Source: Lama glama
Taxonomy: Eukaryota
Assembly (NCBI GenBank): GCA_028534125.1
Contig: CM052841.1
Span: 67,518,001-67,582,000, forward strand
Direction of reading: 5' to 3'
Length of the DNA stretch: 64,000 nt
In this document: positions 1-10,920 of the stretch, in pieces
Position numbering within the stretch: position 1 is the first letter of the stretch
Layout: each line of letters starts with the position of its first letter
Program-made: the position numbers and the translations under genes
The notes under the pieces: model-generated
What the model saw: the letters and a program-made list of their open reading frames with translations, nothing else
What the model was told of the DNA's origin: nothing
Database searches by the model: none

Positions 1-329
1 GGGTGCTCCAAAGAGTTCTAGCCTGAAAATTTAGTTTAGAGTGATCACGAGGTGAGTGGTTGGGGGTAAGTGGTCATGGGCTGGCAGCACTGTGATGGAC
101 CTGACAGAAGAGAATATAAACCCCTTCTGGGGAAACTTACCTTCCAATCAAGCCTCAGAGAATCTCCCAAATAAAAGGACTTCCTGGGGTTTGAGTCCAC
201 AGCCAAAACCCCATTACACACGGGGAACAGGGATCCATGCACAAGACCTAAAGGGAAAACAAAAAGCAAAGTGCCTCAGCTGGAGGAATCAGCACACTGG
301 CCCTCACATATTGGAATTATTCAAAAATG

Positions 330-1690
330 ATATATACAAGTGTGTTTAATGTGTTTAAAGAAATAAAGAAAAGATTGAAATATGGGTAAGGAACAAGAGA
401 GCATTAAAAGAAATGAGCCAAATACAATCATTGAAAATGAAAATTATTTCAACCGAAATTAAAAGCTCAATGGATGGATTTAGCCATATCCCTTTACTTA
501 GACACAATTAAAGAGAGAATCGATAAACTGGGAGATAGAGATGTAGAAATTACACCGAATGCAGCACGAAGAGAAAAAGAGCAGAAGATACAATGAGAAA
601 TAAGAATTGCGGGAATAGAGTGAGGTTTAACTCCATTATAATCATAGGGAATAAAGGCAATAGTGGGCGAAATAATGTCCATGAACTTCAAGAACTGATA
701 AAAGACACCAATCTTCACGTTCGTCAAGCCCATCAAATCCAAATCAGGACACGTGAAAACCTCTCTGTACTCGGAGGCATATGAGTGAAAACGCAGAGCC
801 CTAAAGAACAAGAGAATATACTAAAAGTACCAAAGAGAAAAGACAAAATTTCCACAAAGGAATGACAGGTGGACTGACACCCACTTTGTCAACATAGACA
901 GTGGACACCAGAAGAGAATGGAATTGTTCTTTCATGGCAAACATGCAAACATTTGCCTTGAATGTGCACACCCCAAGGAAACACCTTTCAAAAATACTGG
1001 AAAAATAAAAATGTCTTTATTAGCAAACCTTTCCTAGAGGAAATTCTAGAGGATGTATGTCAGGCAGAAAGCAATTTCAGGTCAGAGATGAGAATCAAAG
1101 AGAAGTGATGGCTAAAGACAGTGGTACATATGTGGCAAACTAGACATTGACTGTGAAAAAAAATTTATCAAGCTAAAAAAATACAATAACAGAAAAGTCA
1201 GGAAGGAAAGGCTTGCATTAAGGTGTTTTAAACGTTTATTGTTTGGGAGTAGGGTAAATATATTGACTGACATTAAATTTTGCTAAGTTCAACGTATGTG
1301 TTGCCTTTAATAATATAAACACTATGTATAACTATAAAGGGAAAATTGGAATTAAAAATTCAATCAAGTAGAAGAGAAGAGAAAAAGAAACATGAAAGCA
1401 AGATAAATAAAAAATACAAAATACATGATGAAAATAAATCAATATTTCCACAAATCCACACATTAAAATGAATGTATATAGACTAAAAGCTCCATTAAAA
1501 GACAAAAACTGCCCAATTGTACTTTAAAAAAATTCAATTATAACCCGTTTAAAAGAAAAATATCTGAAACCTGAGGCTACAGAGAGGTGGAAGGTAAAGG
1601 ATGAAAGTTAGTAGACCGAGGACATGGTAACAAAAAACGACTTATATTCATATCTGATAAGTAGACTTTAGGACAAAAACATCTTTACTA
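330..1690 (+). mobile_element. Old LINE-1 fragment (ORF1 region into the start of ORF2), decayed
   Basis: A-rich strand. ORF1-like AAGCTCAATGGATGG...AAGAGAGAATCGATAAACTGGGAGATAGA, and endonuclease-start-like AATGTATATAGACTAAAAGCTCCATTAAAAGAC and ATATCTGATAAGTAGACTTTAGGACAAAA. Confidence 0.8.
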
Positions 1691-1694
1691 GAGT

Positions 1695-2195
1695 AACTCC
1701 CCCTCCAAACGCAAGGACTTACGTCAGTTTGACTCCGCTTACACCCCCGTGACCCGTGTGCCGTTGCTGCCTTGTGCTGTGCTTCCGCCTGCGTCGCAGC
1801 ACCAAGAAGACACTGTTGCCTCAGATAATCAGTGTTCGTTGCTGGCTGTCCATGTGTTGCCGTTCTGTGGCTCCACCTGGGACTACGCGCCACCTGGACT
1901 GTTAGCCTCCTTTTTTGTAGCATGAAAGCATCTTTATTTCATCTCAGCTTGTGAAAGACATTCTCACTGGCTGTAGAATTCTGCATTGGCCCCTTTTTTC
2001 TTTAAGTGTGTGGAAGACGNNNNNNNNNNNNNNNNNNNNNNNNNNNNNNNNNNNNNNNNNNNNNNNNNNNNNNNNNNNNNNNNNNNNNNNNNNNNNNNNN
2101 NNNNNNNNNNNNNNNNNNNCTCCTCCACCTCCCCCCAGGCTGTTTTTAAGATTTTATTTATGATTTTTAGCATCTAGACTGTGATGTGCTTCAAA
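1695..2195 (-). mobile_element. Old LINE-1 fragment in antisense orientation, spanning a gap
   Basis: TTTATTTCATCTCAGCTTGTGAAAGACATTCTCACTGGCTGTAGAATTCTG and GGCTGTTTTTAAGATTTT resemble antisense L1M ORF1. Confidence 0.6.
2020..2119. other. Assembly gap (100 N, probably of unknown size)
   Basis: Run of N. Confidence 0.99.
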
Positions 2196-2219
2196 GACTG
2201 TAATCAATCAAAGATACAC

Positions 2220-3470
2220 ACTGCAGTTTCTGAAGTATTCATTTAACTGAAAAATTGATACAGGATGAAAATGGACTCACAAATTTATTTTTTATCTTTT
2301 TAAAAAATGTAAATGAAAGCGCAAAGGGCCTAGAATAAATGGTCCAAGCAATTGTTGAGAAGAAGAAAGTGTTGGAGAGTTTTCACTCCTGAATTTCCAG
2401 ACTCATCGAAAAGCTAACAGCCCTTGGGGCAGTGTGACTTTGGTGTAAGAACACACGTGGCCATAGAACAAAACGGACAATCCAGAAGGAGGTTCACAAA
2501 GGCACCAAGTGAATTCAGTTGGGAAGATTGAATTCTGTTCAGGAAACGGCGTGGAAGTAAATGGCTATTGATACAAACAAACAAAACCAAACCAAACCTT
2601 GACTCCCACTGCACCACCTGAACAGAAGTTATTTCGACATGGATTACAAAGCTGGGGTGAAAGCTAGAACCAGGAAGCCTCTAAAAGGGGGCGCCAGGGC
2701 CATCTTCATGACCTAGGTGTAAACAGCAGGACGCAGACAAGACACCGAAGGCACTGACCGTAGAGCTACTCATTGCTGTGTCAGATTTAACCAAAACTTA
2801 AAACCTCCCACGTTCAAAAGCTGCTAGGAAAGTGTAAAGGTGATTGACAGACAGAAAGAAAAAGATCCATGTTAGGTGTACCTGCAAAGAATTCAGACCA
2901 GAATATACAAAGGACTATACAGCTCATTAATAAACAGATAGAAAACTCAAGTTCAAAAACTGACGAAACAATGAACAAAACTTCCTAATTAAAAAAAAAA
3001 TACATGGTACACAAAGGTTTACAGAAGCTTTATTCATAGGAGCCCCAAACTGGAAGCAGTACCCACAAATGCCCACCAAAGGGGGAAGAGATACACACAC
3101 GGGGGCACGTCCACAAACAGAAGGCCCCCAGGAATTAGAGAAAGGAGAAGCCGACCTGCTCACACACAGCGACGAGGCAGGATTTCAGAACTCTCCTTGG
3201 CAAGAGAAGTCAGACGCAAGCGCTCACACACTGCATCATCTCGTCTATTTGTAGTACAGGAAAAGGCAAGACCGATCTTCGGTGATCGACTGGCGATAGC
3301 AGGTACCTCCGGGGACGGGTGTTGCCTGGAGAGCTGCGACGGAGCCTTCGGGAGTGACGGAAAGGCGCACGTTTGATCTGGGCAGTGGTCACAGGGGTGT
3401 GAACGTGTAACATGCGTTGAGAGGTGCGCTGAAAGTTTCCGCATAACTGCATGTTAATAAAACACCAGTC
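2220..3470 (+). mobile_element. Old LINE-1 (L1M-type) 3' ORF2 and 3'UTR fragment
   Basis: AAAGTGTTGGAGAGTTTTCACTCCTGAATTTCCAGACT and GAAGCTTTATTCATAGGAGCCCCAAACTGGAAGCAG are L1 3'-end hallmarks. Confidence 0.8.
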
Positions 3471-3489
3471 AAATTCACCATTAATAGTC

Positions 3490-5290
3490 ATGCTTAAAAT
3501 GTAAAGTACTTGGAAATGAATCTCACAAAGTATGAGGAACGCTTTTGGTGGACAAAACTACACATTTTATTAAGAGGCTTTGAAGAAAATCTAAACAAAC
3601 GGAGAGACAGTCACGTTCGGCAATGACGGCGCATCATGTCGGTTCTTCCCAAATTCATCTGTCGATAATGCAATTCCAGTACGGCTCTTAATGTGCGTGT
3701 GTGTGTGCGCGCGCAACTTAAAAAGCTTCATATTTGAATATTTACATAGAAGATCAAAGAATCGTACGTAACAGAGGCGCTCCTGGTAAAGAACAGCGTT
3801 GTGGAAGAATTTAGCCTTCCAGACCCGAAGGAGTGTTATGAAACTGAAGTACTTGGGTCTTGTAATGTTGCAGGAGCAAACAAAGTGGCCAACGGCACAG
3901 AACCGAGGTCTCACGGCCTACCGGGAGGTATTTTTTAATTGAAGGACGGTCAGTTACAATGTGTCAGTTTCTGGTGCACAGCACAATGTCCCAGTCATGC
4001 GTAGACATACATATATTTGTTTTCATATTATTTCTTATTACACGTTATTATAAGATATTGAATATAGTTCCCGTGCTGTACAGAAGAAACTGTTTTTTGT
4101 CCAGTTTTCTATACAGAGATTAACCTCTGCAAATCGCAAACTCCCAGGCGTATCCCTTCCCACCCCCCTACCCACAAGTATTTGGAACCTTGATTTGTGG
4201 ACAAGACAGCATTTCAGATCGATAGAGCAAAGAATGGATTTTTATGTGAATTATTAAAGGGTGGCTGATCATCCAGACAAAAATTAGTTAAGTAAACTGG
4301 ACCCTGTCTACCTCCTACTACTTAGAAAAATTAATTACAGGTTGATTAAAGATCTTAATTAAAAGGCGAAAGTGTACAAGTCTTAGAAAATAGTACAGGG
4401 GCGATGTGTAAGACTTGAGGACAGGAAATTTCATACGCACGGCGAGAGGAGTGAATCCCGTGTGGGTAGAGCTGGATTTCACTGCCTGCCCCGCAGTTCA
4501 GAACTTCCGTTCATTAAACAGAGCACAGAGGGAAGAAGCTGTATTTGTAACCCATCTCATCAAAAAAAAGCATTTCTATAAATCAATAGAAAGACCAAAA
4601 AATATAGAAAAACAGTCAAAAGACTTGAAATATGCTCTTTACGACGCAGGACACTCGAATGGTCAGTTGGCACATGAAAAGACACTCAGCAGTGCCAGTC
4701 ACGGGGCAGCGATGCAGACCAAGCCCGAAATGCTACCCGCTCTCACACGTGCCGTGTCGGTAACGTCAAAGTGAGAAAATCCACATGTGGTGAGGATGTG
4801 AAGCAGCAACATTCTTATAACTGCTCCTTGGAATATAAGTATATACTTATATATTTATAAATAAATATAAGTGCTTTGGGACACGCTAAGCGTTACCAGG
4901 CCAAGCTGAGTGGGCACTGCCCTACGGCCCAGCCATCGGGTCAGGTGCGCACCGAAGGACGGGCCGGCAGGGTGTTTCCAGGATGCACACCTGTGGGTGC
5001 CCACGGAGCAGTGTTGGCGGTGACAGATTACAAAAAATCATCCAAATCTCCATCAAGGGTGGAACGGGTATCATTCACACAGTGGAGAACAGGACGAGAG
5101 CAAGGACGGAGGAACCGAGGCTGCATCCGACACCATCAACGAATCTCAGAAATAAAATGTTGGCCAAAGACGCAGCAGGGAGAGAAACGTGCAGAGCAGG
5201 GCTCCATTTGTAGCCATTTCAACAGTGCGCAAATCGAGCCACGTGGCGACAGAGAACGTGGGTGAAGCCCCACAGAAACCGTTCAAGGGT
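3490..5290 (+). mobile_element. Old LINE-1 ORF2/3'UTR fragment interrupted by a younger L1 end
   Basis: TAAAGTACTTGGAAATGAATCTCACAAAG, TTCTTCCCAAATTCATCTGTCGATAATGCAATTCCAGT and ACATGTGGTGAGGATGTGAAGCAGCAAC are L1 ORF2-like. Confidence 0.75.
3930..4175 (-). mobile_element. Younger artiodactyl/camelid-type L1 3' end
   Basis: T-tract then AATTGAAG..CAGTTACAATGTGTCAGTTTCTGGTGCACAGCA...TATAAGATATTGAATATAGTTCCCGTGCTGTACAG. Confidence 0.8.
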
Positions 5291-8200
5291 GCGGGTCCCT
5301 CGGACGGGGCAGCCGGCGGTGGAGGGCAGGAGGCTTGAAGGGTGACGTGGCCACGCTGGCCTGGCTGCAGTCCCTCGGGTCTCTGGGGACGTGTGAGCTC
5401 CCTCCCACGCCGTGGCCCTATCCCCGGGCCCCACGAGGGGGTTGTCCTTACTTGCAACAAATCAGAGAGATTCCCATCTTCTTCCGTGTAACTGGGGGGG
5501 GAAGGGCCGTGCTCTGCCAGAGTGAGGGTGGTCCTGGGAAAGTTCTCAGCTCTGGAAACAGTCCTCAGAGAGGCAGGCGTGTAAGGAGGCTTGGTGTTGC
5601 CTGGGGCCGAGGATGGCGGCGCAGAGAAGCGGCAAGAGGCCAGGCCTCGGAGGTGCCCCAGTGCCCCGGAGCCGCGTCGCCCAGCCCTCCTCTGTGCCCC
5701 GAGACCCCACCTCCCCGCCCCGGGCCCTGGCGCCCTGTGCTGCAGACAGGCCCCCGGAGCTGAGAGCAGAGCGCCTTCTCACGCAGCGGGCCCGCCCCTT
5801 CCTCCCGCCGGCTTCGCGGCCTTCTGGGTTCCAGGCCCCTGTCGGCTGTCCGCGTGTCCGGTCTCCTCTGCCCCAGAGACCTCGCCTCTAGCTCCTGGCT
5901 AGATCTGGGGACGCAGGCCCCACTCCCTGACCCTGCGCTCACCAGAGGGCCCGGCGGGGTGTCCCGGGGAAGGTGGCGCTGCGGGGCTGCCTGCGAAGCC
6001 CCCGCTCCCTCAGCCCTGCGCCGCTCGGGCCGTTTCCCGTCCTCCTCTCCAACTTAGAGCCAGTGGCTGTTACGAGCTTCCTGCAGGCCGGCACATGTGG
6101 ACCGTCAGGGCTGGCTCCCCGCCTGATGCTCAGCCCAGCTGCTCCGAAGCCCTCCTTGGCTCGGCTCGGCCCTGTTCTCTTGGTTCTCCGGCCAGAAAGC
6201 GGATTTGCTGGTTTCCATTTCCTCCAGTTCATCGGCGTTTGTTTGTCCGAAGGCTGCTTCACTTCCCCTCCTTGGGACTCGCCGACGTGCCCAGCCTGCC
6301 TGACCACCCCGGGGACCAGGGTGGACGTGGAGGCCACGTGACTCCCAGGCAGGGACCCAGCCCCTGGCCCACCTCGCTCTGCACGCAGCTCGGGCCGATC
6401 TGGGCAGCGCGAGGTACCCGCGGGAGCCCTGGTCAGACAGGCAGTGGGGGTGGGTCCTGGACCCGGGAAGGATGCTCCTGTGTCCTTCATAAGGGCCTGG
6501 GGGAGAAAGCACGGGAAAGTGTGCTGTGCGGGAGGCAGAAATCGGGAGCAGGGAGGCCGGCCCTCGGCCCTGCGCTCCCACCCCCCGTCCCCTCTGTGTC
6601 CCGGCCCAGGGTGTGAGCGTGCGCTCGGGCTGGTCTGCTGACCGCCCTGCCCTGGGGGCTCGCCCCTCTTTCCACTGGGGTCCAAGGATGTGGCGACCAG
6701 CCTCGGCCATCAGTCCACGGTCAGCGGCAGAGTTGGGGCTCACCTTGGGCTCACCTTGGTCTCCCCGGGCACCCATCTTCATGGCAAGGCTGTTTCCACG
6801 TCTCTCTCCTCGAGGGTGAGGCTGCACTGTGCCCACCGGGAACCCTAGATGGGGAGGCAACGCCTTGGATTCCCAGCACTGGAGCCCGAGCCGGGTCAGG
6901 GTGGGAGAGGATGCGGGCGCCAGGCTGGCGGGGGGCTCTGTCCTGCAGGGGGGCCCCAAGGGACACGCAGGAATGCAGCGGTGACAGCGTTTGTGGTGCC
7001 CAGGCAACCGGCTTGGACAGGACGCAGCAGCATCCGTGTGGGTCTGAGGGTGGCCTCCTCCGTGTCGCCCAAATGCGGTCCACCTGGGTGGGACCGGCAG
7101 CCCCCCGGCTGCGCCTCCGCTGGGTGAGGGTGGAGGGAATGCCCGTCTGGAAAGCTACACTATGAGCAGTGCGCCATCCCCCGACCTTGTCAAGAATCAC
7201 CCCGAGACTTGCGGGATTAGGAGAAGTGCCGCCTCGCGCAGCCCGGACCAGGGCTGAGCCTCCCTGGGGAGGGCGGAGGGGCCCGAGACAAGGCGCGCCC
7301 TGGAGGGGCGCCCGGTGCTAGTTCAGCAGGGGCTGTGGGCGCTGGCGTCATCCTCACGCACGGGCTCATGCAGGGGCAGGGTGTGAACTTGTGCCAATAT
7401 AGCAACTGAACCCTGTGATCTGGCCCCATCACCCCTTTCACAGTGGAGAGAAAGCCCAGGGCGAGTGACTAGCGAGCCCAGGGTGCCAGGCCTGACTTGC
7501 GGCCAGACGGCGCTGTCAGCGGGTGCCTGTCTGTGTGTGGCACCCCCACGTGTGTTCCTGTGGCCCCCAGGCTTCTCCAGAGAGATGGGCATTGGGTGAG
7601 CTGGTGTCTTTATGGCGCATCCAGCTCTTCACACCATCGGGAGATCCTTGGCAAGAGGCCCCGTGTCCTGTCTGTGTAGGACCCAGAGTGGGCGCGGGAC
7701 ACCCTGTGGACCCTGCGGGGTGGGGTTGGGCGCAGCGGCCATGGCACCCCGGGTCCCTGCGCCCTGCCTGTTCTGGCCGGCAGGGCTCGCCCACAGCTGC
7801 CTGGGCGTCCCCTGAGGCTGCTGGCCCACACAGCTCCTGGCTCCACCCTCGCCCACAGCCGACGTGTCCTGCCCTCGGACGAGGCCCCGGCTGCTGCCTG
7901 GGATCCTAATTGCGTCCCTGGTCAGCAACCCCAGGTGGGGGGCTGGCAGTTGTGGTTCTTGGCCCTCCCTCCGCTGACCGTCAAGTACCGGTTGGGAAGG
8001 GAGATTACGGACGGGGCAAAATTGCTGTCTTGCACAGGCCCCGGGGAGCCATAAACAGAGCAGCCTGCCCTGGCGGGGAGACTCCTCCTGGGGTGGGGTG
8101 CTTCAGATCAGTGTCGGGCTGTGCACAGACCCTGCCGGAGGCTCCTGCCCCCCGTGACGGAAGTGTCGCTCCTCCCCTAGACCTGCGGAGTAGCCCGGCG

Positions 8201-8494
8201 TCTGATAGACCAAGCGCCCCCAGGCCTCCCTGCCACCGCCGGTGACTTCTCTCACGGTGGGATTAACCCGGGCCAGTAAGTGTTCCAGCCTCTCCCGTTA
8301 ACGTCAGTCCCTCCCACTGGCCACCAGATGCTCCCTCCCTTTCCAGGAAGAGTATGGTGTTTCCAGCTCCGAGTGGGTCCCCGCAGAGGCCGACTGGGCC
8401 GAGCCCCGCCCTGGGTGGGGTGTGCCACCCCAAGGCAGGCCGCAGCCGCAGGACCGGGGGGCCCGCCCCCGCCCCCGCCGGGTTGAGGACAGGT

Positions 8495-8785
8495 TATGTG
8501 CTTCTGCTGCCCACGGGCAAATGAAGGTTTTCCCAATTTTCTAATGGTTAGTATTTTTTAAAAAGGGAGAAGACTGTTTTTTGACATACAAAAATGACAC
8601 AAAATTCAAACATCAGGGTCCACAAACCAAGTTTCGCTGGAGCACAGCGACACGCACCATCGCTCGCCGTCCGTGGCTGTTTCCACGCTACAGTCACAAG
8701 CCGAGTGGTGGCCACAGAGCCCTCTAGCCTGCAAAGCCGACAGTGTTCACCTTCTAACCCTTTGCAGGACAAGTGCCTGCTCTCG
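8495..8785 (+). mobile_element. MER58B-like hAT-Charlie DNA transposon remnant
   Basis: AAAATTCAAACATCAGGGTCCACAAACCAAGTTTCGCTGGAGCACAGC...CCTGCAAAGCCGACAGTGTTCAC..CCCTTTGCAGGACAAGT follows the recalled MER58B consensus. Confidence 0.75.
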
Positions 8786-8940
8786 GAGCCACCGGGGGCT
8801 GCGGGCTCTGTGGGCACCTGCCAAGGGCACTGGTCACTCTCCCCAGGGTGACGCCTGGGCGCGTGGGACACGGCCGAGCCCACGGCCTGGGGGTGTGGCT
8901 CGTCAGACAGGCCAGCCGAGGACCCCAAACCCGTGCATAT

Positions 8941-9153
8941 CAGTAGTCTTCAACCAGGGCAGTTTTGCTCCCAGTGGACATGCGACAAGGCCTGGAGATG
9001 CTTTTTTTTTTTTTTTAACTGCAAACGGGAGACACCACTGGCTTTAGTGGGTCGAGGCCAGGGATGTTGCTAAACTTTCTGCAGAGCCCAGTACGGCTGC
9101 AGCAGACAGTTTTCTGGCCCTAAATGTTGATAGAGCTGAGGCTGTGAGATCTG
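8941..9153 (+). mobile_element. MER20 hAT-Charlie DNA transposon, near full length
   Basis: CAGTAGTCTTCAACCAGGGCAGTTTTGCTCCC...TAGTGGGTCGAGGCCAGGGATGTTGCTAAAC...AAATGTTGATAGAGCTGAGGCTG. Confidence 0.88.
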
Positions 9154-10529
9154 CTATGAAGAAACCTGATTCCAGTCTGTGTATGCGCCCAGACCAGGCC
9201 TACTTGAGTGAGGAGGGGTCAAGGCGGGGCTGGACGGGGCGAGGTGGGGACAGCCGGAGGGGGAAGGAGGCAGACTCCGCCAGCCAGCCTTCCGAGGAGG
9301 CGCTCCGCAGCCCTGCCCCAGCCTGTGCCTGACCCTGCGGAGCGGGCTGGAAAGGAAGCTGGCCGGGGCTTTGGGTTCATTTTGATGACGGGGAGGAACA
9401 GAAACCACATCCACGATGGCGATCGAGGCCCGTCGTGGTTAACAGCCCACGCCCACTGTGGTGCCCTCGCCCTCTCCAGCCACGCCACACCGATGCCCAC
9501 GCACGTCCCTGGGAGGCCCTCCACACTTCACTTGCTACTGGAGCTTCCGTGGTCCTTATTCTTCCGAAAGCCTCCCTCCGTCCCTCTGCCCTCCCTCTCC
9601 CTCCCCCCAGAACTGGCCTCGGTCCCCTCTGGGCAGGCTTCCAAGATGGAGATCTTGGGGTGCGCTGCAGGGAGCTGCTGACCGAGCCCCTCGGAGCAGG
9701 GCTGGTGCCCTGTCTGTCCCACTCTGCAGGGCAGTGTCTAGCGCCAGACCTGGCCCAGGCCCATGAGCCTCAGCTCTCTGGTGACTGAGTGGGGACCCTG
9801 AGCGACTGGACGTCACATGGAATCAGCGTGTGGTCACATGAGAGCAGCTGGCTTGGGACAGGAGGCCGCCATGGGCTCCAGGTAATGGAGGACAGTTCCT
9901 TGGCGATGGCCGGCCAGTGGCGGGAGGAAGGGCAGGGCTGCCCCGGACATCAGAGCCGTCCTCTGGGTCACACTGATGAATTTCCCAGAGCTCGAGTGAA
10001 TCCGGCGCAGACTTGACAAGCTGTGAATGGACAGAAATAAGCATCAGTTGTGTGGCAACCAAGGGCCGGGCTCCAGCCAGCACGACATAATTCATTTTCA
10101 AGAAGCTAGCGCGCAGCGTCCCTGCCCGCGCTCTCTCCTCTCGAGGGCTGTTTCCGTTACAGCGTTCCTGGGGGCGGAGGCTGCGTTTCAGAGGATTGGA
10201 CTCGCACGCGCGCTCTGGGACAGTTGCTGTTCTCAAGGCCCTGGTTTTCACATGGGGTGACCCGTTTCATCAGGCCGTGTGCCCAGAGCGCAGCGCGCTG
10301 CAATCTGGAGAGGCCAGCGCAGCCGAGGGTGTGTGCCCTGACGCCCAGCAGACGTGGAGGCCTCGGCGGTGCGGGTGGGAAGGGTCTGAGCCTCCGGGGA
10401 CTGCTCGGCTGGTGGGGGGGGATGAGCGCCCCCGGAGCAGAAGCCCACGGCGGGAGGCCTCTCACTCCCTAGGGGCTTTGCAAGAAGCTGCACTCAGCTG
10501 CCCCGTGGGCACAGAGGATGTCCATTGGT

Positions 10530-10672
10530 CAGTATGTCACGTGTCAGAATCACCCGGCAGCTTCTGTGTGCACATCCGGGGCTCCTCGCAGCAGCACCTC
10601 CGGGGGTGGAGCACAGGGATGTGCATTTTTAACCCACATCCCAGCTGACTGTGGGCCCGACGAGGTTCTGGA
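10530..10672. mobile_element. MER5A-like remnant
   Basis: TCAGAATCACCCGGCAGCTT...GGGGTGGAGCACAGGGATGTGCATTTTTAAC. Confidence 0.6.
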
Positions 10673-10673
10673 C

Positions 10674-10920
10674 CAACGCTGTGCAAAGCCCGAAGGAGTT
10701 CTGTTGCCTGGTGGAAACGTCCTGTGTCTGTGTTGTGTAATTTGTCGGCACTTGTCACTTGTGGCCATCGGATGCTTGAAATGGACCAGTGCAACTGACA
10801 AGCTGAATTTAAAATTTTAATTCTAATGAATTTTATTTTATTTTTTGAAAATTTTGATGAAATTTAAGTTGCTATATAAATGGCCATGTGTGGCTAGTGG
10901 CTACCATGCTGTACAGAGCT
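10674..10920 (+). mobile_element. MER3-like hAT-Charlie remnant
   Basis: CTTGAAATGGACCAGTGCAACTGACAAGCTGAATTTAAAATTTTA...GCCATGTGTGGCTAGTGGCTACCATGCTGTACAG. Confidence 0.82.
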
